Shown piece by piece: positions 18,350-29,094 of a stretch of 64,000 bases of DNA. Origin of the DNA: an uncultured Eubacteriales bacterium (GTDB lineage Bacteria; Bacillota; Desulfotomaculia; Desulfotomaculales; Pelotomaculaceae); the NCBI GenBank assembly GCA_964390855.1, contig CAYMJG010000001.1, positions 37,726-101,725 on the forward strand. Direction: 5' to 3'. Every line of letters starts with the position of its first letter. Position 1 is the first letter of the stretch. The translations under genes and the position numbers were made by a program. Under the pieces are notes generated by a model. The model saw only the letters and a program-made list of their open reading frames with translations. It was not told the origin of the DNA and did not search any database.

Positions 18350-18625
18350 ATGGAAATAAAGTTAATTAACATCGGTTTTGGCAATATTGTTTCAGCCAAC
18401 CGTATTATTGCCATAGTTAGTCCGGAATCAGCACCGATTAAAAGAATAATTACCGAGGCCAGGGATAGGGGTATGCTGATTGACGCCACTTACGGGCGGC
18501 GCACCAGGGCGGTTATTATTTCCGACAGTGACCATGTAATACTTTCCGCGGTGCAGCCGGAAACCGTTGCCAACCGTCTTGTGTCCAAAGAGACGGCGCC
18601 CCAGGCGGAAGAGCCGCTTGAATAA
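18350..18625 (+). CDS. remA: RemA/DUF370-family regulator
   Basis: [27 protein letters not shown]...GRRTRAVI, located between yicC and gmk as in Bacillus. Confidence 0.85.
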   Translation: MEIKLINIGFGNIVSANRIIAIVSPESAPIKRIITEARDRGMLIDATYGRRTRAVIISDSDHVILSAVQPETVANRLVSKETAPQAEEPLE

Positions 18626-18634
18626 AAGAAGCTC

Positions 18635-19243
18635 ATGAAAGCGAACAAAAAGGGTTTGCTGCTGGTCCTATCGGGGCCCTCAGGGGTGGGCAAAGGGACT
18701 GTATGCCGGGCGTTGCTTCAAAAGGAGCCATCTTTACGCCTTTCTGTGTCTGCCACCACAAGATCACCCCGGCCGGAAGAGATAGATGGAGTGGACTATT
18801 TCTTTTTGGATCATACGGTTTTTCATAAAATGATTGAAGACGGTGCACTTCTGGAATATGCGCAGGTTTATAATAATTATTATGGTACGCCGCTGCCTTT
18901 TGTTGAGGAGTGCCTTAAAGAAGGGCACGATATAATATTGGAAATAGATATCCAGGGTGCGCTGCAGATTAAGGGAAAATATCCCCGGGCAGTGTTGATT
19001 TTTATAGCGCCGCCAACCAAATTCGATCTAAAAAAACGTCTTTTTTTACGCGGCTCAGACGAGCGCGGGGTTATTGAAAAACGCCTCCATTGTACGGCAG
19101 ATGAGATGAAAATGGCCGTACGCTACGATTATATTGTAGTGAACGACCAGGTGAATAGGGCAGCGGAAAAAATCAGATCGATAATTGTCGCCGAAAAATC
19201 ACGGCCGCATAATTTCAAATCATTACTGGGCAGTTTTAATTAG
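18635..19243 (+). CDS. gmk: Guanylate kinase
   Basis: LVLSGPSGVGKGT P-loop, SATTR and YYGT motifs. Confidence 0.9.
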   Translation: MKANKKGLLLVLSGPSGVGKGTVCRALLQKEPSLRLSVSATTRSPRPEEIDGVDYFFLDHTVFHKMIEDGALLEYAQVYNNYYGTPLPFVEECLKEGHDIILEIDIQGALQIKGKYPRAVLIFIAPPTKFDLKKRLFLRGSDERGVIEKRLHCTADEMKMAVRYDYIVVNDQVNRAAEKIRSIIVAEKSRPHNFKSLLGSFN

Positions 19244-19283
19244 ATACATATGTTTTATCTTTAGTTTGAGCCGGAGGGTGCTT

Positions 19284-19490
19284 ATGAACCAACTGTCACT
19301 TGACGAACTGATGGAGAAGGTCGGCAGCAGGTATATTTTGGTGGTGATGGCTGCTAAAAGAGCAAGAGTGCTTACCGAAAAGGGCGCAGGCAAGGAAGAC
19401 GGCGCCTTGAGTAAGCCGGTAACGACTGCTTTAAAAGAGATTTTGAAAAGTAAAATAAGCTATAAGGGAATCCGTATCGGAATAAAGTAG
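19284..19490 (+). CDS. rpoZ: DNA-directed RNA polymerase subunit omega
   Basis: SRYILVVMAAKRAR motif. ATG 19284 follows GGAGGGTG. Position gmk-rpoZ-coaBC. Confidence 0.85.
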   Translation: MNQLSLDELMEKVGSRYILVVMAAKRARVLTEKGAGKEDGALSKPVTTALKEILKSKISYKGIRIGIK

Positions 19491-19503
19491 ATGGGGGAAA
19501 ACC

Positions 19504-20700
19504 ATGCCGGCTGGAAAAAAGATTACTGTCGGTATTACCGGCGGCATAGCCGTGTTTAAGGCCGCACAACTGGTCAGCAACCTTAAAGCCGGCGGATTTG
19601 CGGTTAATGTGATTATGACCAGGTCCGCCGGGGAGTTTGTTAAACCCCTTACTTTCCAGGTTTTGTCCGGCGATTCTGTTCGCACGGAACTTTTCGATCC
19701 GATGCATGGGGCTGTGCAACATATTGAACTGGCCACCCGCCCCGATCTGATTGTCATTGCCCCCGCCACCGCCAATATACTGGGTAAGGTGGCAAACGGT
19801 ATTGCGGATGACCTGCTGTCGACTGTAATAATGGCGGCGTCATGTCCGGTCCTTTTCTGCCCGGCCATGAATGTAAATATGTATAATAATGTGGTCGTGC
19901 AGCGCAATATCGCCACCCTGCATGAACTGGGCTACAAATTTGTTGAACCCGCAGAGGGCCGCCTTGCTTGCGGTGTAACTGGAAGAGGCAGGCTGGCCGA
20001 CCCGGAAAACATTATGGAAAGAATCAAAAGCCTTCTTTCGCCTAGGGACATGGAAGGTTTATCTGTGATGGTGACGGCCGGCCCTACGGTGGAACCATTG
20101 GATCCGGTACGCTATATTACCAACCGCAGCACTGGTAAAATGGGTTACGCGGTTGCGGGGGCAGCGGTGGCGAGGGGCGCAAGAACATTGCTGGTCAGCG
20201 GCCCCACTGCTTTAAAACCACCGGAGGGCGTGGAGCTAATTAATGTGCAAACAGCTGTCCAGATGTATCGGGCAGTGATGGAGCATTATCCATGCGTCAA
20301 CATTGTGGTAAAAGCTGCTGCCGTTGCAGACTACAGGCCAAAGGACTTCCTAAACCAGAAGATTAAAAAACATGATGGTCTGCTGTCTATTGACCTGGTA
20401 AGAAACCCGGACATTCTAGCGGAGTTGGGTAAAAAAAAGACCAGTCAGGTCCTTGTGGGGTTTGCAGCTGAAACCACAGATCTTGAAAAAAATTCGTTGA
20501 AAAAGGTGACGGGCAAGAACCTGGACTTCCTGGTGGCAAACGACGTTACCCTGGAAGGGGCTGGATTTGGCTCAGACACCAACATTGTAAAATTCATATA
20601 TCCGGGAGGCGCTGTGAAAGAAATGCCGCTACTGGACAAAACAGTCCTGGCCCACCGCATCCTGGACGAAACCATGGCCATCCGCCGGAAACGAGAATAG
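19504..20700 (+). CDS. coaBC: Bifunctional phosphopantothenoylcysteine decarboxylase / phosphopantothenate-cysteine ligase
   Basis: ITVGITGGIAVFKA flavoprotein N-terminal domain, PAMN motif, and C-terminal ITNRSTGKMG ligase motif. Confidence 0.9.
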   Translation: MPAGKKITVGITGGIAVFKAAQLVSNLKAGGFAVNVIMTRSAGEFVKPLTFQVLSGDSVRTELFDPMHGAVQHIELATRPDLIVIAPATANILGKVANGIADDLLSTVIMAASCPVLFCPAMNVNMYNNVVVQRNIATLHELGYKFVEPAEGRLACGVTGRGRLADPENIMERIKSLLSPRDMEGLSVMVTAGPTVEPLDPVRYITNRSTGKMGYAVAGAAVARGARTLLVSGPTALKPPEGVELINVQTAVQMYRAVMEHYPCVNIVVKAAAVADYRPKDFLNQKIKKHDGLLSIDLVRNPDILAELGKKKTSQVLVGFAAETTDLEKNSLKKVTGKNLDFLVANDVTLEGAGFGSDTNIVKFIYPGGAVKEMPLLDKTVLAHRILDETMAIRRKRE

Positions 20701-20711
20701 GAATATCAGTC

Positions 20712-20740
20712 AAAATCCCGTAAACCGGGATTTTGGTTTA
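20712..20740 (+). terminator. Hairpin/attenuator between coaBC and priA
   Basis: AAAATCCCG-TAAAC-CGGGATTTT. It overlaps the ORF-track TTG start of priA, which favours ATG 20754. Confidence 0.4.
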
Positions 20741-20753
20741 CAGTGAGGTTATT

Positions 20754-22997
20754 ATGGACGACCCCGGTAAATATGCAGAAATTATTGTAGATGTGTGTTC
20801 GCGTAGTATAGACAGGGTGTTTCACTATGCTGTCCCGGAAGAATTAAAAAGCCGGGTTAAGCCGGGGACCAGGGTGCTCGTACCCTTTGGCTCCAGGAAG
20901 TTGGCCGGCTACGTGCTGGGCTTTGGTTATCCCGCGGGAGATATAAAGATCAAGGAAATCGCCGGCATCATTGATCAGCAGCCGGTATTAACTGAAGACT
21001 TGCTGGAAATTGCCCGCTGGATGGCAGATAGCTACCTGTGCAGCACAGCGCAGGCTTTTGCCAGGATTATTGCCCCCCGCCTGGGTGTGAAAGCTGCCCA
21101 TGAGGTAAAAATACTTCGGCCTGCCTTCCCGCAAGATCAATCGCCGGATGTTTTTGAGAGGCTGAAACATGCCCCAAAACAGGCGGCTGTGCTCAGGCAG
21201 GCCTTGCAAAACCAACACCTGACCAGAAAGGAACTGGCCGCTGCGGCCCAGACCTCTCCCGCTACGGTAGATACGCTCGTAAAAGCCGGGTTATTGCAGG
21301 CTGAAATGCACCTTCCGGAAGATTTTCAAAAGGGGGAAAAGGCCCGGTACACCAGCGGCGCTTTCACGCGGCTGAATGCCTATCAGACAGAAGCTGCCCG
21401 GGAAATATACAGGGCTCAGGCAGGAGGCAAATTTGCTGTTTTCCTCCTTTTTGGTGTTACCGGCAGCGGCAAGACAGAGGTGTACCTGGACGCCATTGCC
21501 TCCGCTCTGGCGGCAGGCCGGCAGGCAGTAACAATGGTCCCGGAAATATCATTGACGCCGCAGATGATCGGACTCTTCCGGGATCGGTTCGGCCCCCTGG
21601 TGGCGGTGCTACATAGCGGTCTTGCCGGACGGGAAAGATATGAAGAATGGCGCCGGGTAAAGGAAGGCCGGGCTCCTGTGGTCCTGGGTACACGCTCCGC
21701 GGTTTTTGCCCCCTTGCCTGCGCCGGGGCTTTTTATTCTCGATGAAGAACACGAACCTTCCTATAAACAAGAAGATCGCCTCCGTTATCATGCCAGGGAA
21801 GTGGCCATTAAAAGGGCTCAACTATCGGGCGCAGTGGTGGTCCTGGGAAGCGCCACTCCTTCATTGGAGTCTTGGCTCAAGGCCGGTCGCGGCGGTCCTT
21901 ATAGACTTTTGAAACTACCGTACAGGATTGATCAAAAACCCTTGCCGCAGGTTGAAATTGTTGACATGAGAAAGGAATTAAAGGAAGGCAACCGGGGGCT
22001 TTTCAGCCGCCGGCTGGTTGCCGCCATATATGACAGGCTTCAAAAGGGCGAGCAGTCCATTCTCTTCTTGAACAGGCGGGGGTACGCAAATTTTATAATC
22101 TGCCGGGAATGCGGCCATGTGATCAAATGCAGCCATTGTGATATATCTTTAACGTATCATTTTGACGGAATACTCCGTTGCCATTACTGCAACCACAGCG
22201 TCAGGCTGCCTGCCCTTTGCCCCTGCTGCGGCAGTAAGGATATTAGACCTTTTGGCGCCGGTACACAAAAGGTGGAGGACGAGGCGGCCAGGCTTTTTCC
22301 AGAAGCGCGCATTTTGCGGATGGACAGTGATTCAACATCCCGCAAGGGCTCACACGAAAGAATAATCAGTACCTTCAGGCAGGGAAATTCGGATATTTTA
22401 ATCGGCACCCAGATGGTAGCAAAAGGGCTGGACCTGCCAATGGTCACCCTGGTAGGGGTGATCAACGCGGACACCACTCTGTTTATGCCGGACTTCAGGG
22501 CATCTGAACGTACCTTTCAACTACTGACCCAGGTTGCCGGGCGGACAGGGCGGGGCAGGCTGCCCGGCGAGGTGCTGGTACAGACCTGCAGTCCGGATCA
22601 TTATAGTATCGCAGCAGCGGCCAGGCATGATGCGGAAGGGTTTTACAGCGTCGAACTGCCCCTGAGACGTTCACTGGGGTACCCGCCGTTTGGCTATCTG
22701 GCCAGAATGCTTTTCACCCATGCGGACCAGAAGGAGATCAGCAAAGGAGCATTATTGGCCAAAGAAGTCCTTGACAAAATACTGGCCGGGCACGACAATC
22801 TTATTGAAGCACTGGGCCCGGCGCCGGCGCCGCTGAGCCGGATTAAAGGCCGGTTTCGCTGGCAGATTGTCATAAAAGGCCGCCGCCGCAGTGATTTAAG
22901 GGATGTAATCAGGAACTGCCTGGACGATCTGCAAAAACTGAGGCCGTCTTTTAAACCGGCCATAAACATTGATATCAACCCTCAGGGGATGCAATAA
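20754..22997 (+). CDS. priA: Primosomal protein N' (replication restart helicase)
   Basis: [11 protein letters not shown] Walker A, DEEH box, and Cys-rich zinc region [14 protein letters not shown]...CHYCNH...CPCCGS. Confidence 0.9.
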   Translation: MDDPGKYAEIIVDVCSRSIDRVFHYAVPEELKSRVKPGTRVLVPFGSRKLAGYVLGFGYPAGDIKIKEIAGIIDQQPVLTEDLLEIARWMADSYLCSTAQAFARIIAPRLGVKAAHEVKILRPAFPQDQSPDVFERLKHAPKQAAVLRQALQNQHLTRKELAAAAQTSPATVDTLVKAGLLQAEMHLPEDFQKGEKARYTSGAFTRLNAYQTEAAREIYRAQAGGKFAVFLLFGVTGSGKTEVYLDAIASALAAGRQAVTMVPEISLTPQMIGLFRDRFGPLVAVLHSGLAGRERYEEWRRVKEGRAPVVLGTRSAVFAPLPAPGLFILDEEHEPSYKQEDRLRYHAREVAIKRAQLSGAVVVLGSATPSLESWLKAGRGGPYRLLKLPYRIDQKPLPQVEIVDMRKELKEGNRGLFSRRLVAAIYDRLQKGEQSILFLNRRGYANFIICRECGHVIKCSHCDISLTYHFDGILRCHYCNHSVRLPALCPCCGSKDIRPFGAGTQKVEDEAARLFPEARILRMDSDSTSRKGSHERIISTFRQGNSDILIGTQMVAKGLDLPMVTLVGVINADTTLFMPDFRASERTFQLLTQVAGRTGRGRLPGEVLVQTCSPDHYSIAAAARHDAEGFYSVELPLRRSLGYPPFGYLARMLFTHADQKEISKGALLAKEVLDKILAGHDNLIEALGPAPAPLSRIKGRFRWQIVIKGRRRSDLRDVIRNCLDDLQKLRPSFKPAINIDINPQGMQ

Positions 22998-23011
22998 AAG
23001 GAGGGATTTTT

Positions 23012-23479
23012 TTGGCGGTTTATAAAATTGTTGAAATCGGAAACGAAGTCTTGCGTGAAAAAGCAAGGCCGATCAAGAGCATAAATGCCAATATTATTAA
23101 GCTGCTGAACAACCTGGCGGATACCCTTTACGACGCCAAGGGGGCGGGCCTGGCCGCCCCGCAGATTGGGGTTTCTAAAAGAGCAGTAGTTGTAGACGTC
23201 GGTGAAGGGCTCCACGAACTGGTAAACCCGCAAATTGTCAGTGCAACGGGTCGGGAGACGGATGTAGAAGGATGTCTGAGCATTCCCGGTATGATTGGGG
23301 ACGTCAGCAGGGCCACAACCGTAAAAGTAAGGTATCTGGACAGGCAAGGAAAAGAAAAGGACCTGACTGCTAAAGGTTTGCTGGCCAGGGCCCTGCAACA
23401 CGAAATTGATCACCTTGAGGGTATTTTATATGTTGACAGGGCCGTTAACATCAGGAAACTAGATCAAAAGGAAGCATAG
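23012..23479 (+). CDS. def: Peptide deformylase
   Basis: [18 protein letters not shown] and HEIDHLEG motifs. Confidence 0.92.
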   Translation: MAVYKIVEIGNEVLREKARPIKSINANIIKLLNNLADTLYDAKGAGLAAPQIGVSKRAVVVDVGEGLHELVNPQIVSATGRETDVEGCLSIPGMIGDVSRATTVKVRYLDRQGKEKDLTAKGLLARALQHEIDHLEGILYVDRAVNIRKLDQKEA

Positions 23480-23484
23480 CTATA

Positions 23485-24417
23485 ATGCGTATTGTATTTA
23501 TGGGAACACCGGATTTTGCCGTCCCGGCGCTGCAGGCGTTGGTAGAAGCCCAATATGAGGTTATTGCCGTTGTCACGCAGCCGGACCGCCCCGGGGGGCG
23601 GGGGAAAAAGATTTTACCGCCGCCTGTTAAAAAAATTGCCGGATCCCTGCACATTCCGATCCTTCAGCCCCTAAAAATAAGGGACCCTGACTTCATCAGT
23701 TTGCTAAATGATTTGACGCCCGATCTGATCGTGGTTGTGGCCTTCGGGCGCATCCTGCCAAGGGATATCCTGGCACTGCCGAAGTATGGCTGTATAAATG
23801 TGCATGCTTCACTGCTGCCCAAATACCGCGGCGCCGCTCCCATTCACCGGGCGGTGATTAATGGAGAAAAGGTTACCGGGGTTACCACTATGTATATGGA
23901 TGAAGGTCTGGATACGGGCGATCAGATCCTGGCCGAACCTGTGCCGATATATGAGGAAGATAATGCTGGGGACGTCCATGACCGCCTGGCCCTTCTCGGG
24001 GCTGGACTGATGATTAGAACATTAGGACTGATCAAAGAGGGGCGGGCGCCCAGGATACCCCAGACGGGAGAGTCTTCCTATGCGCCCATGCTCACGGCTG
24101 AAGACGAGTGGGTATTGTGGGGCAGACCGGCCCGGGACATCCATAACCAGATCAGGGGAATGGCCCCCTGGCCGGGAGCACGCACGACCATACGGGGTAA
24201 GGTGCTAAAGATTTGGCGTGCGGTTGCTTTGGAGGATGGCGGGACAGCTGATTTGCCCGGGCGGGTGGTATCTGCCGGCGATAAAGGAATTATAGTCGGG
24301 GCGGGGGTTGGCCGGGTGGCAATTAAGGAACTCCAGCTGCAGGGGGCGAGGCGTCTTTCTGCGGCGGATTTTTTAAGGGGGACACCGCTTCCTGCCGGTA
24401 CTATGCTTGGCGAATGA
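23485..24417 (+). CDS. fmt: Methionyl-tRNA formyltransferase
   Basis: MRIVFMGTPDFAVP and NVHASLLPKYRGAAPI motifs. Confidence 0.92.
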   Translation: MRIVFMGTPDFAVPALQALVEAQYEVIAVVTQPDRPGGRGKKILPPPVKKIAGSLHIPILQPLKIRDPDFISLLNDLTPDLIVVVAFGRILPRDILALPKYGCINVHASLLPKYRGAAPIHRAVINGEKVTGVTTMYMDEGLDTGDQILAEPVPIYEEDNAGDVHDRLALLGAGLMIRTLGLIKEGRAPRIPQTGESSYAPMLTAEDEWVLWGRPARDIHNQIRGMAPWPGARTTIRGKVLKIWRAVALEDGGTADLPGRVVSAGDKGIIVGAGVGRVAIKELQLQGARRLSAADFLRGTPLPAGTMLGE

Positions 24418-24484
24418 CAGGAAAAAATACTACAGACAACAACAGCGGCAGGTATTTAGCCGGGGATAATGGCCCGGCAATTTA

Positions 24485-25357
24485 GTGAATAATATACATA
24501 TCCTTATGGGGGAGATCCCGGTGAGCGCTAAAAATTTTATTCCTGTACGAAAGAGGCTGTTTGTCGGTCTACTAGCCGCAAGCGTGCTTGGGGCGGGCTC
24601 CCTGCTGGCGGGAATCTGGTTTTTGGCGATCAACCCTTCCAGGACGTTATTTGACCAAATACTGCTTGTAGCCCTGACCATCCTGCTGCTGGGCGGAACC
24701 GCGTTAGCCGCCCTGGGTATAGGAGGCATTATCCTGACTATTTTATACTCGAAGGATATGGCTGCTTTTCACGGGCCAATACGTGTGGCCGTCAATCTAT
24801 TTTTCCCTATTGTTCTCGTTATTGGTAAGATCCTCCATATAGATAGTGAAAAAATAAAAAGTTCATTTGTTGAGGTGAACAATGATCTTGTCCGGTCAAA
24901 GGCCCTAAAGCTCAGACCGGAGCAAATTTTGCTGCTGGCGCCCCACTGTTTGCAGAACAGCGACTGCCCCCATAAAATTACCGTTAATATTGATAACTGC
25001 CGCCGTTGCGGGAAATGTCCGGTCAAGGATCTGCTGGAGTTAAGGGACGCCAGCGGAATCAAAGTGGGCATGGCCACAGGAGGTACCCTGGCCCGTAAAT
25101 ACGTCCAGGAATACCGGCCCCGCGCTATTGTCGCCATTGCCTGTGAGCGCGATCTGACCAGCGGCATCATGGATACAAACCCGATACCCGTGCTGGGGGT
25201 CAAAAATGAACGTCCTTTTGGGCCATGTTTCAACACTAGTGTCCGGATAGGGGATGTGGAAGAGGCCCTGCGATTTTTTATCGGTGCGGAAGAATATGAG
25301 GCTGCGGTATGCAGCCATAGGGTTTATGCTGTAGAAAAACCGGAGAGAGTGAGCTAA
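24485..25357 (+). CDS. Uncharacterised membrane protein with Cys-rich cytoplasmic domain (DUF116-like, from memory)
   Basis: About three N-terminal TM helices, then HCLQNSDCPH...NCRRCGKCPV...IACERDL...GPC. The stop overlaps the rsmB start (TAATG). Confidence 0.6.
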   Translation: MNNIHILMGEIPVSAKNFIPVRKRLFVGLLAASVLGAGSLLAGIWFLAINPSRTLFDQILLVALTILLLGGTALAALGIGGIILTILYSKDMAAFHGPIRVAVNLFFPIVLVIGKILHIDSEKIKSSFVEVNNDLVRSKALKLRPEQILLLAPHCLQNSDCPHKITVNIDNCRRCGKCPVKDLLELRDASGIKVGMATGGTLARKYVQEYRPRAIVAIACERDLTSGIMDTNPIPVLGVKNERPFGPCFNTSVRIGDVEEALRFFIGAEEYEAAVCSHRVYAVEKPERVS

Positions 25358-26733
25358 TGGCTAAAATATCGGCGAGGGAAATAGCCCTGGAGGTCTTAAG
25401 GGCGGTGGAAACTGAAGGTTCCTATGCCGGCCTGGCCCTGAACAGGATAATGGAGAAATACCGGCCCGGCAAGCTTGACCGGGCTTTTGCTACTGAGCTG
25501 GCTTACGGCGCACTGCGTTTTCAAAAAACCATAGATTGGATTTTGGGGCAATTTGTTAAAAAACCTTTAGACGCTCAGACAGCTACAGTGCGCAATATAT
25601 TAAGGCTTGGCGTATATCAGTTATTTTACATGGATCGGGTGCCTGATTCAGCGGCATGCAACGAAGGGGCGGAGATGGCCAGGAAATACGGGCATCCGGG
25701 CCAAGTGAGCTTTGTCAATGGCGTCCTGCGCAGTATTTTACGCCACAGGTCCGGAATAACCTTGCCCAGTCTGGATGATGATCCCGTCACCCATATAGCG
25801 ATCAAATACTCACACCCGGTCTGGCTGGTGGAGCGCTGGCTAAAGGAGTTCGGTATGGAGGATACAATACTTCTTTGCCGGGCCAATAACATGCCGGCGC
25901 CGAATGTCATCCGTACCAATACCCTGAAGATCACCAGGGATGGGCTTGTGGACAGGCTGATCGAAGAGGGGTTGGCGGCAAAAGAAACAGCATATGCGCC
26001 CGAAGGCATTATAATCGATGGTTTTTCGTCCATAGGCGCCATGGCTGCCTTCCAGGAAGGCCTGTTTCTGGTGCAGGACGAAAGCTCCATGCTTGCTTCA
26101 CTGGCAGTAGGGCCGGAGCCTGGATCAACAGTGATTGACGCCTGCAGTGCACCGGGGGGAAAGGCCACCCACCTGGCCCAGTTAATGGGAAACCGGGGTG
26201 AGATATTCGCTTTTGACGTCCATCCCCACAAACTGGCGTTGATTAAAGATAATAGCGCTCGCCTGGGCATTGATATTATCCAGGAAATTGCCGCTGATGC
26301 CGCCGGGTTGGCGGAAAGGTATTATGGCATTGCCGACTATGTCCTGGTGGATGCTCCTTGTTCTGGACTGGGCGTTCTAAGACGTAGGCCGGACGCGCGC
26401 TGGCGCAAGGAACCGGGACAAATCACCGGATTGGTAAAGCTGCAGGCGGAGATCCTGGATAGCGCCGCACGCTGTGTTAAGGACCAAGGTATTTTAGTTT
26501 ACAGCACCTGTACTATTACCCGTGAGGAGAACCTGGGCCAAATAGAAGATTTCCTGACCGGACACCCGGAATTTGTAATGGATGATTTGACTGGCCTGCT
26601 TCCCCGGGTGCCGGACGAGGGTAAGGCCATGGCCGGCGGTTACCTGCAGCTTTTGCCCCACCGCCATGATCTGGACGGCTTTTTTATTGCCCGGATGAGA
26701 AAAGAAGGTATCAGAAAAGACAGTGGAGAATAA
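25357..26733 (+). CDS. rsmB: 16S rRNA (cytosine967-C5)-methyltransferase
   Basis: NusB-like N-terminal domain, then SAM motif DACSAPGGKAT, DAPCSGLGV and YSTCT catalytic cysteines. Confidence 0.9.
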   Translation: MAKISAREIALEVLRAVETEGSYAGLALNRIMEKYRPGKLDRAFATELAYGALRFQKTIDWILGQFVKKPLDAQTATVRNILRLGVYQLFYMDRVPDSAACNEGAEMARKYGHPGQVSFVNGVLRSILRHRSGITLPSLDDDPVTHIAIKYSHPVWLVERWLKEFGMEDTILLCRANNMPAPNVIRTNTLKITRDGLVDRLIEEGLAAKETAYAPEGIIIDGFSSIGAMAAFQEGLFLVQDESSMLASLAVGPEPGSTVIDACSAPGGKATHLAQLMGNRGEIFAFDVHPHKLALIKDNSARLGIDIIQEIAADAAGLAERYYGIADYVLVDAPCSGLGVLRRRPDARWRKEPGQITGLVKLQAEILDSAARCVKDQGILVYSTCTITREENLGQIEDFLTGHPEFVMDDLTGLLPRVPDEGKAMAGGYLQLLPHRHDLDGFFIARMRKEGIRKDSGE

Positions 26734-27775
26734 CACTAATTTCAGGATAAATATAAAATCGCTGAGTTTTTTGGAGCTCGAAGAATTTATTGCCGGTCTG
26801 GGCGTTGAAAAATACCGGGCCAGGCAGGTGGCGGCCTGGATTTTTAAAAGGGGTGCCACCTCTTTCCGGGAAATGACGGACCTTTCCAAGGAACTGCGGG
26901 AGCGCCTGGAAACCTCCGCCCGGATCAGCACGCCCGACATTAAATTAAAACTGAGATCAAAACGGGGGGATACGGTAAAGTATCTCTTCAGCCTGTCAGA
27001 CGGCCAGGCAGTAGAGAGTGTCCTGATGAGGCATGACTATGGCAGTTCCGCTTGTGTTTCCACACAAGTCGGCTGCCGGCACGGCTGCCGTCTTTGCGCC
27101 TCGGGTCTGGGCGGCCTGGTGCGTAATTTGGACGCGGGTGAGATATATGATCAGGCACTGGGCATGGCGAGGGACAGCGGGGAAAGATTAAGCCGCCTGG
27201 TGATAATGGGATCTGGAGAGCCGCTGGATAATTACCGGGCTACACTAACCTTTATTAAAAACATTGCCGCTCCCTATGGTTTAAACATCGGCTACCGCCA
27301 TATTACCATATCCACCTGCGGGCTGGTGCCGGGGATCAGGCGCCTGGCTGCGGAAGGGCTGCCCCTGACCCTGGCGGTGTCGCTTCATGCGCCGAATGAC
27401 ACCCTGCGCGACTGGTTGGTTCCGATTAACAAGAAATATCCTTTGTCCGGGCTAATTGCGGCATGCCGTGACTATGCCCGGGAGACAGGGCGACGGGTTA
27501 CCTTTGAATACGCTCTAATCGCGGGCGTTAATGACTCCGGGGAACACGCCGAAGAGTTGTGCGGACTTTTGTCCGGCATGCTATGCCATGTAAACCTTAT
27601 ACCTGCCAACCCTGTGGACGAAAGAGGCATAAAACCGCCGGCAAAAAAGCAGGTGGAACTGTTTAAAAGCATATTAGAGGAAAATATGCTGAACACAACA
27701 GTCCGCCGCGAGTTCGGAGCTGATATAAACGCAGCCTGCGGGCAGCTAAGGCGGCGTGTACTGAATGAGATTTAA
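26723..27775 (+). CDS. rlmN: 23S rRNA/tRNA (adenine-C2)-methyltransferase, radical SAM
   Basis: YRARQVAAWIF, radical-SAM-type Cys cluster VGCRHGCRLCAS, GSGEPLDN and a C-terminal INAACGQL motif. Confidence 0.88.
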   Translation: MENNTNFRINIKSLSFLELEEFIAGLGVEKYRARQVAAWIFKRGATSFREMTDLSKELRERLETSARISTPDIKLKLRSKRGDTVKYLFSLSDGQAVESVLMRHDYGSSACVSTQVGCRHGCRLCASGLGGLVRNLDAGEIYDQALGMARDSGERLSRLVIMGSGEPLDNYRATLTFIKNIAAPYGLNIGYRHITISTCGLVPGIRRLAAEGLPLTLAVSLHAPNDTLRDWLVPINKKYPLSGLIAACRDYARETGRRVTFEYALIAGVNDSGEHAEELCGLLSGMLCHVNLIPANPVDERGIKPPAKKQVELFKSILEENMLNTTVRREFGADINAACGQLRRRVLNEI

Positions 27776-27838
27776 AACACATCGACGTTTTAACCCCCGG
27801 ACACTATTCTACATAACACCAATTTGGAGGTGTGGGAC

Positions 27839-28600
27839 ATGGGGCTGTTCTCTGGATTGGAAGGGAGTCTGGAGAAATATATTGAGGGGTTTTTCAAGGA
27901 CAAAGTCAGCGGACCGGTGCAGCCTGCCGACATTGCTAAAAAACTGGCCAGGGAAATGAGAGACCACAGGCGTGTAAGCATCAGCAGTATCTATGTGCCA
28001 AACGAATATACAGTTTTTCTCCACCATACTGACTGGGACGGCATATCTTCTTTTTCTGGGGCACTGGCTGATGAACTGCAGGATTACATCAGCCATAAGG
28101 CTGCAGAAAGAAAATATTCCCTGGCGGGCCGGCCTCTAATAAAATTCGTGGCCGACGGCAACATAGCCGCCGGGAGTATAGTGGTTGAGTCCTATTTCAG
28201 TGATGTCCCGGCGGAGGAAGAAAAGAGCGATCCAAAATTCGCTCCCCTTGAATATACACAGCATTTTACACCAGTAAAAGATAAGTCATTGTCTGATGTC
28301 ACGCTGTTGGTTCATGCAAAAATCCGGGTTGAGAGCGGGCCTGATCGTGACAAAATATTTAACTTGAACAAGGCTTCAGTGGTCATCGGTCGTCGTGAGG
28401 GCTGTGATATCGTTCTTACTGACGACAGCATTTCACGCAAACATGCCCGCCTTGATCGCCGCCGGGATGTTTATACAATACACGATCTGGGCAGTACCAA
28501 CGGTATCAAGGTAAACGGGGATAAAATAACAGCCCGGGAACTTAAATCGGGGGATGTATTGACGCTGGGCGTGACAGTTTGCACTTTTAAGGTGGAATAG
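27839..28600 (+). CDS. FhaA-like protein (DUF3662-type N-domain plus C-terminal FHA domain)
   Basis: MGLFSGLEGSLEKYIEGFF N-terminus. C-terminal FHA motifs IGRREGCDIVLTDDSISRKHARL and GSTNGIKVNG. ATG follows GGAGGTG. Confidence 0.75.
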   Translation: MGLFSGLEGSLEKYIEGFFKDKVSGPVQPADIAKKLAREMRDHRRVSISSIYVPNEYTVFLHHTDWDGISSFSGALADELQDYISHKAAERKYSLAGRPLIKFVADGNIAAGSIVVESYFSDVPAEEEKSDPKFAPLEYTQHFTPVKDKSLSDVTLLVHAKIRVESGPDRDKIFNLNKASVVIGRREGCDIVLTDDSISRKHARLDRRRDVYTIHDLGSTNGIKVNGDKITARELKSGDVLTLGVTVCTFKVE

Positions 28601-28602
28601 AA

Positions 28603-29094
28603 TTGTTTGCCGTTTTTTTGCTGGTATTGCGTTATGCCTTTTTGCTTCTTTTAGTGGTTTTTATAATTATGTTGGTTAAATGGATGGCTAGCGATCTGCT
28701 GGCGGAACAAAAATCACAACCGGCAGCCCACAAGAGAACGTCGGAAGCAAAAAGAAACGGAGAAGCTGACAGGGGCCGGCTTGTGGTAATCAGCAGTTCC
28801 CTGCCGGAACTGAATTATGGTGACACCTTTTTAATCGACAGGGACATGATCCTTGGCCGGGGCGACAGGAGCAATATTGTAATCGGGGATACATATGCAT
28901 CCAATCAACATGCCCGGATATTTATCAGAAAAGGACAGTACTGGTTGGAAGACATGGGCAGTACAAACGGCACCTTCCTAAATGAGACGCCGGTAATAAA
29001 ACCCATTGTGCTGGCAGATGGAGACAGGCTCAGGGTGGGCAGTGTTACTTTTCAGTTTGTGAGGTGGGGGCATGAAGTGGGCTTGTATAACTGA
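28603..29094 (+). CDS. Membrane-anchored FHA-domain protein (FhaB/FipA-like)
   Basis: N-terminal TM MFAVFLLVLRYAFLLLLVVFIIMLV. FHA motifs LGRGDRSNIVIGDTYASNQHARI and GSTNGTFLN. Confidence 0.75.
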   Translation: MFAVFLLVLRYAFLLLLVVFIIMLVKWMASDLLAEQKSQPAAHKRTSEAKRNGEADRGRLVVISSSLPELNYGDTFLIDRDMILGRGDRSNIVIGDTYASNQHARIFIRKGQYWLEDMGSTNGTFLNETPVIKPIVLADGDRLRVGSVTFQFVRWGHEVGLYN

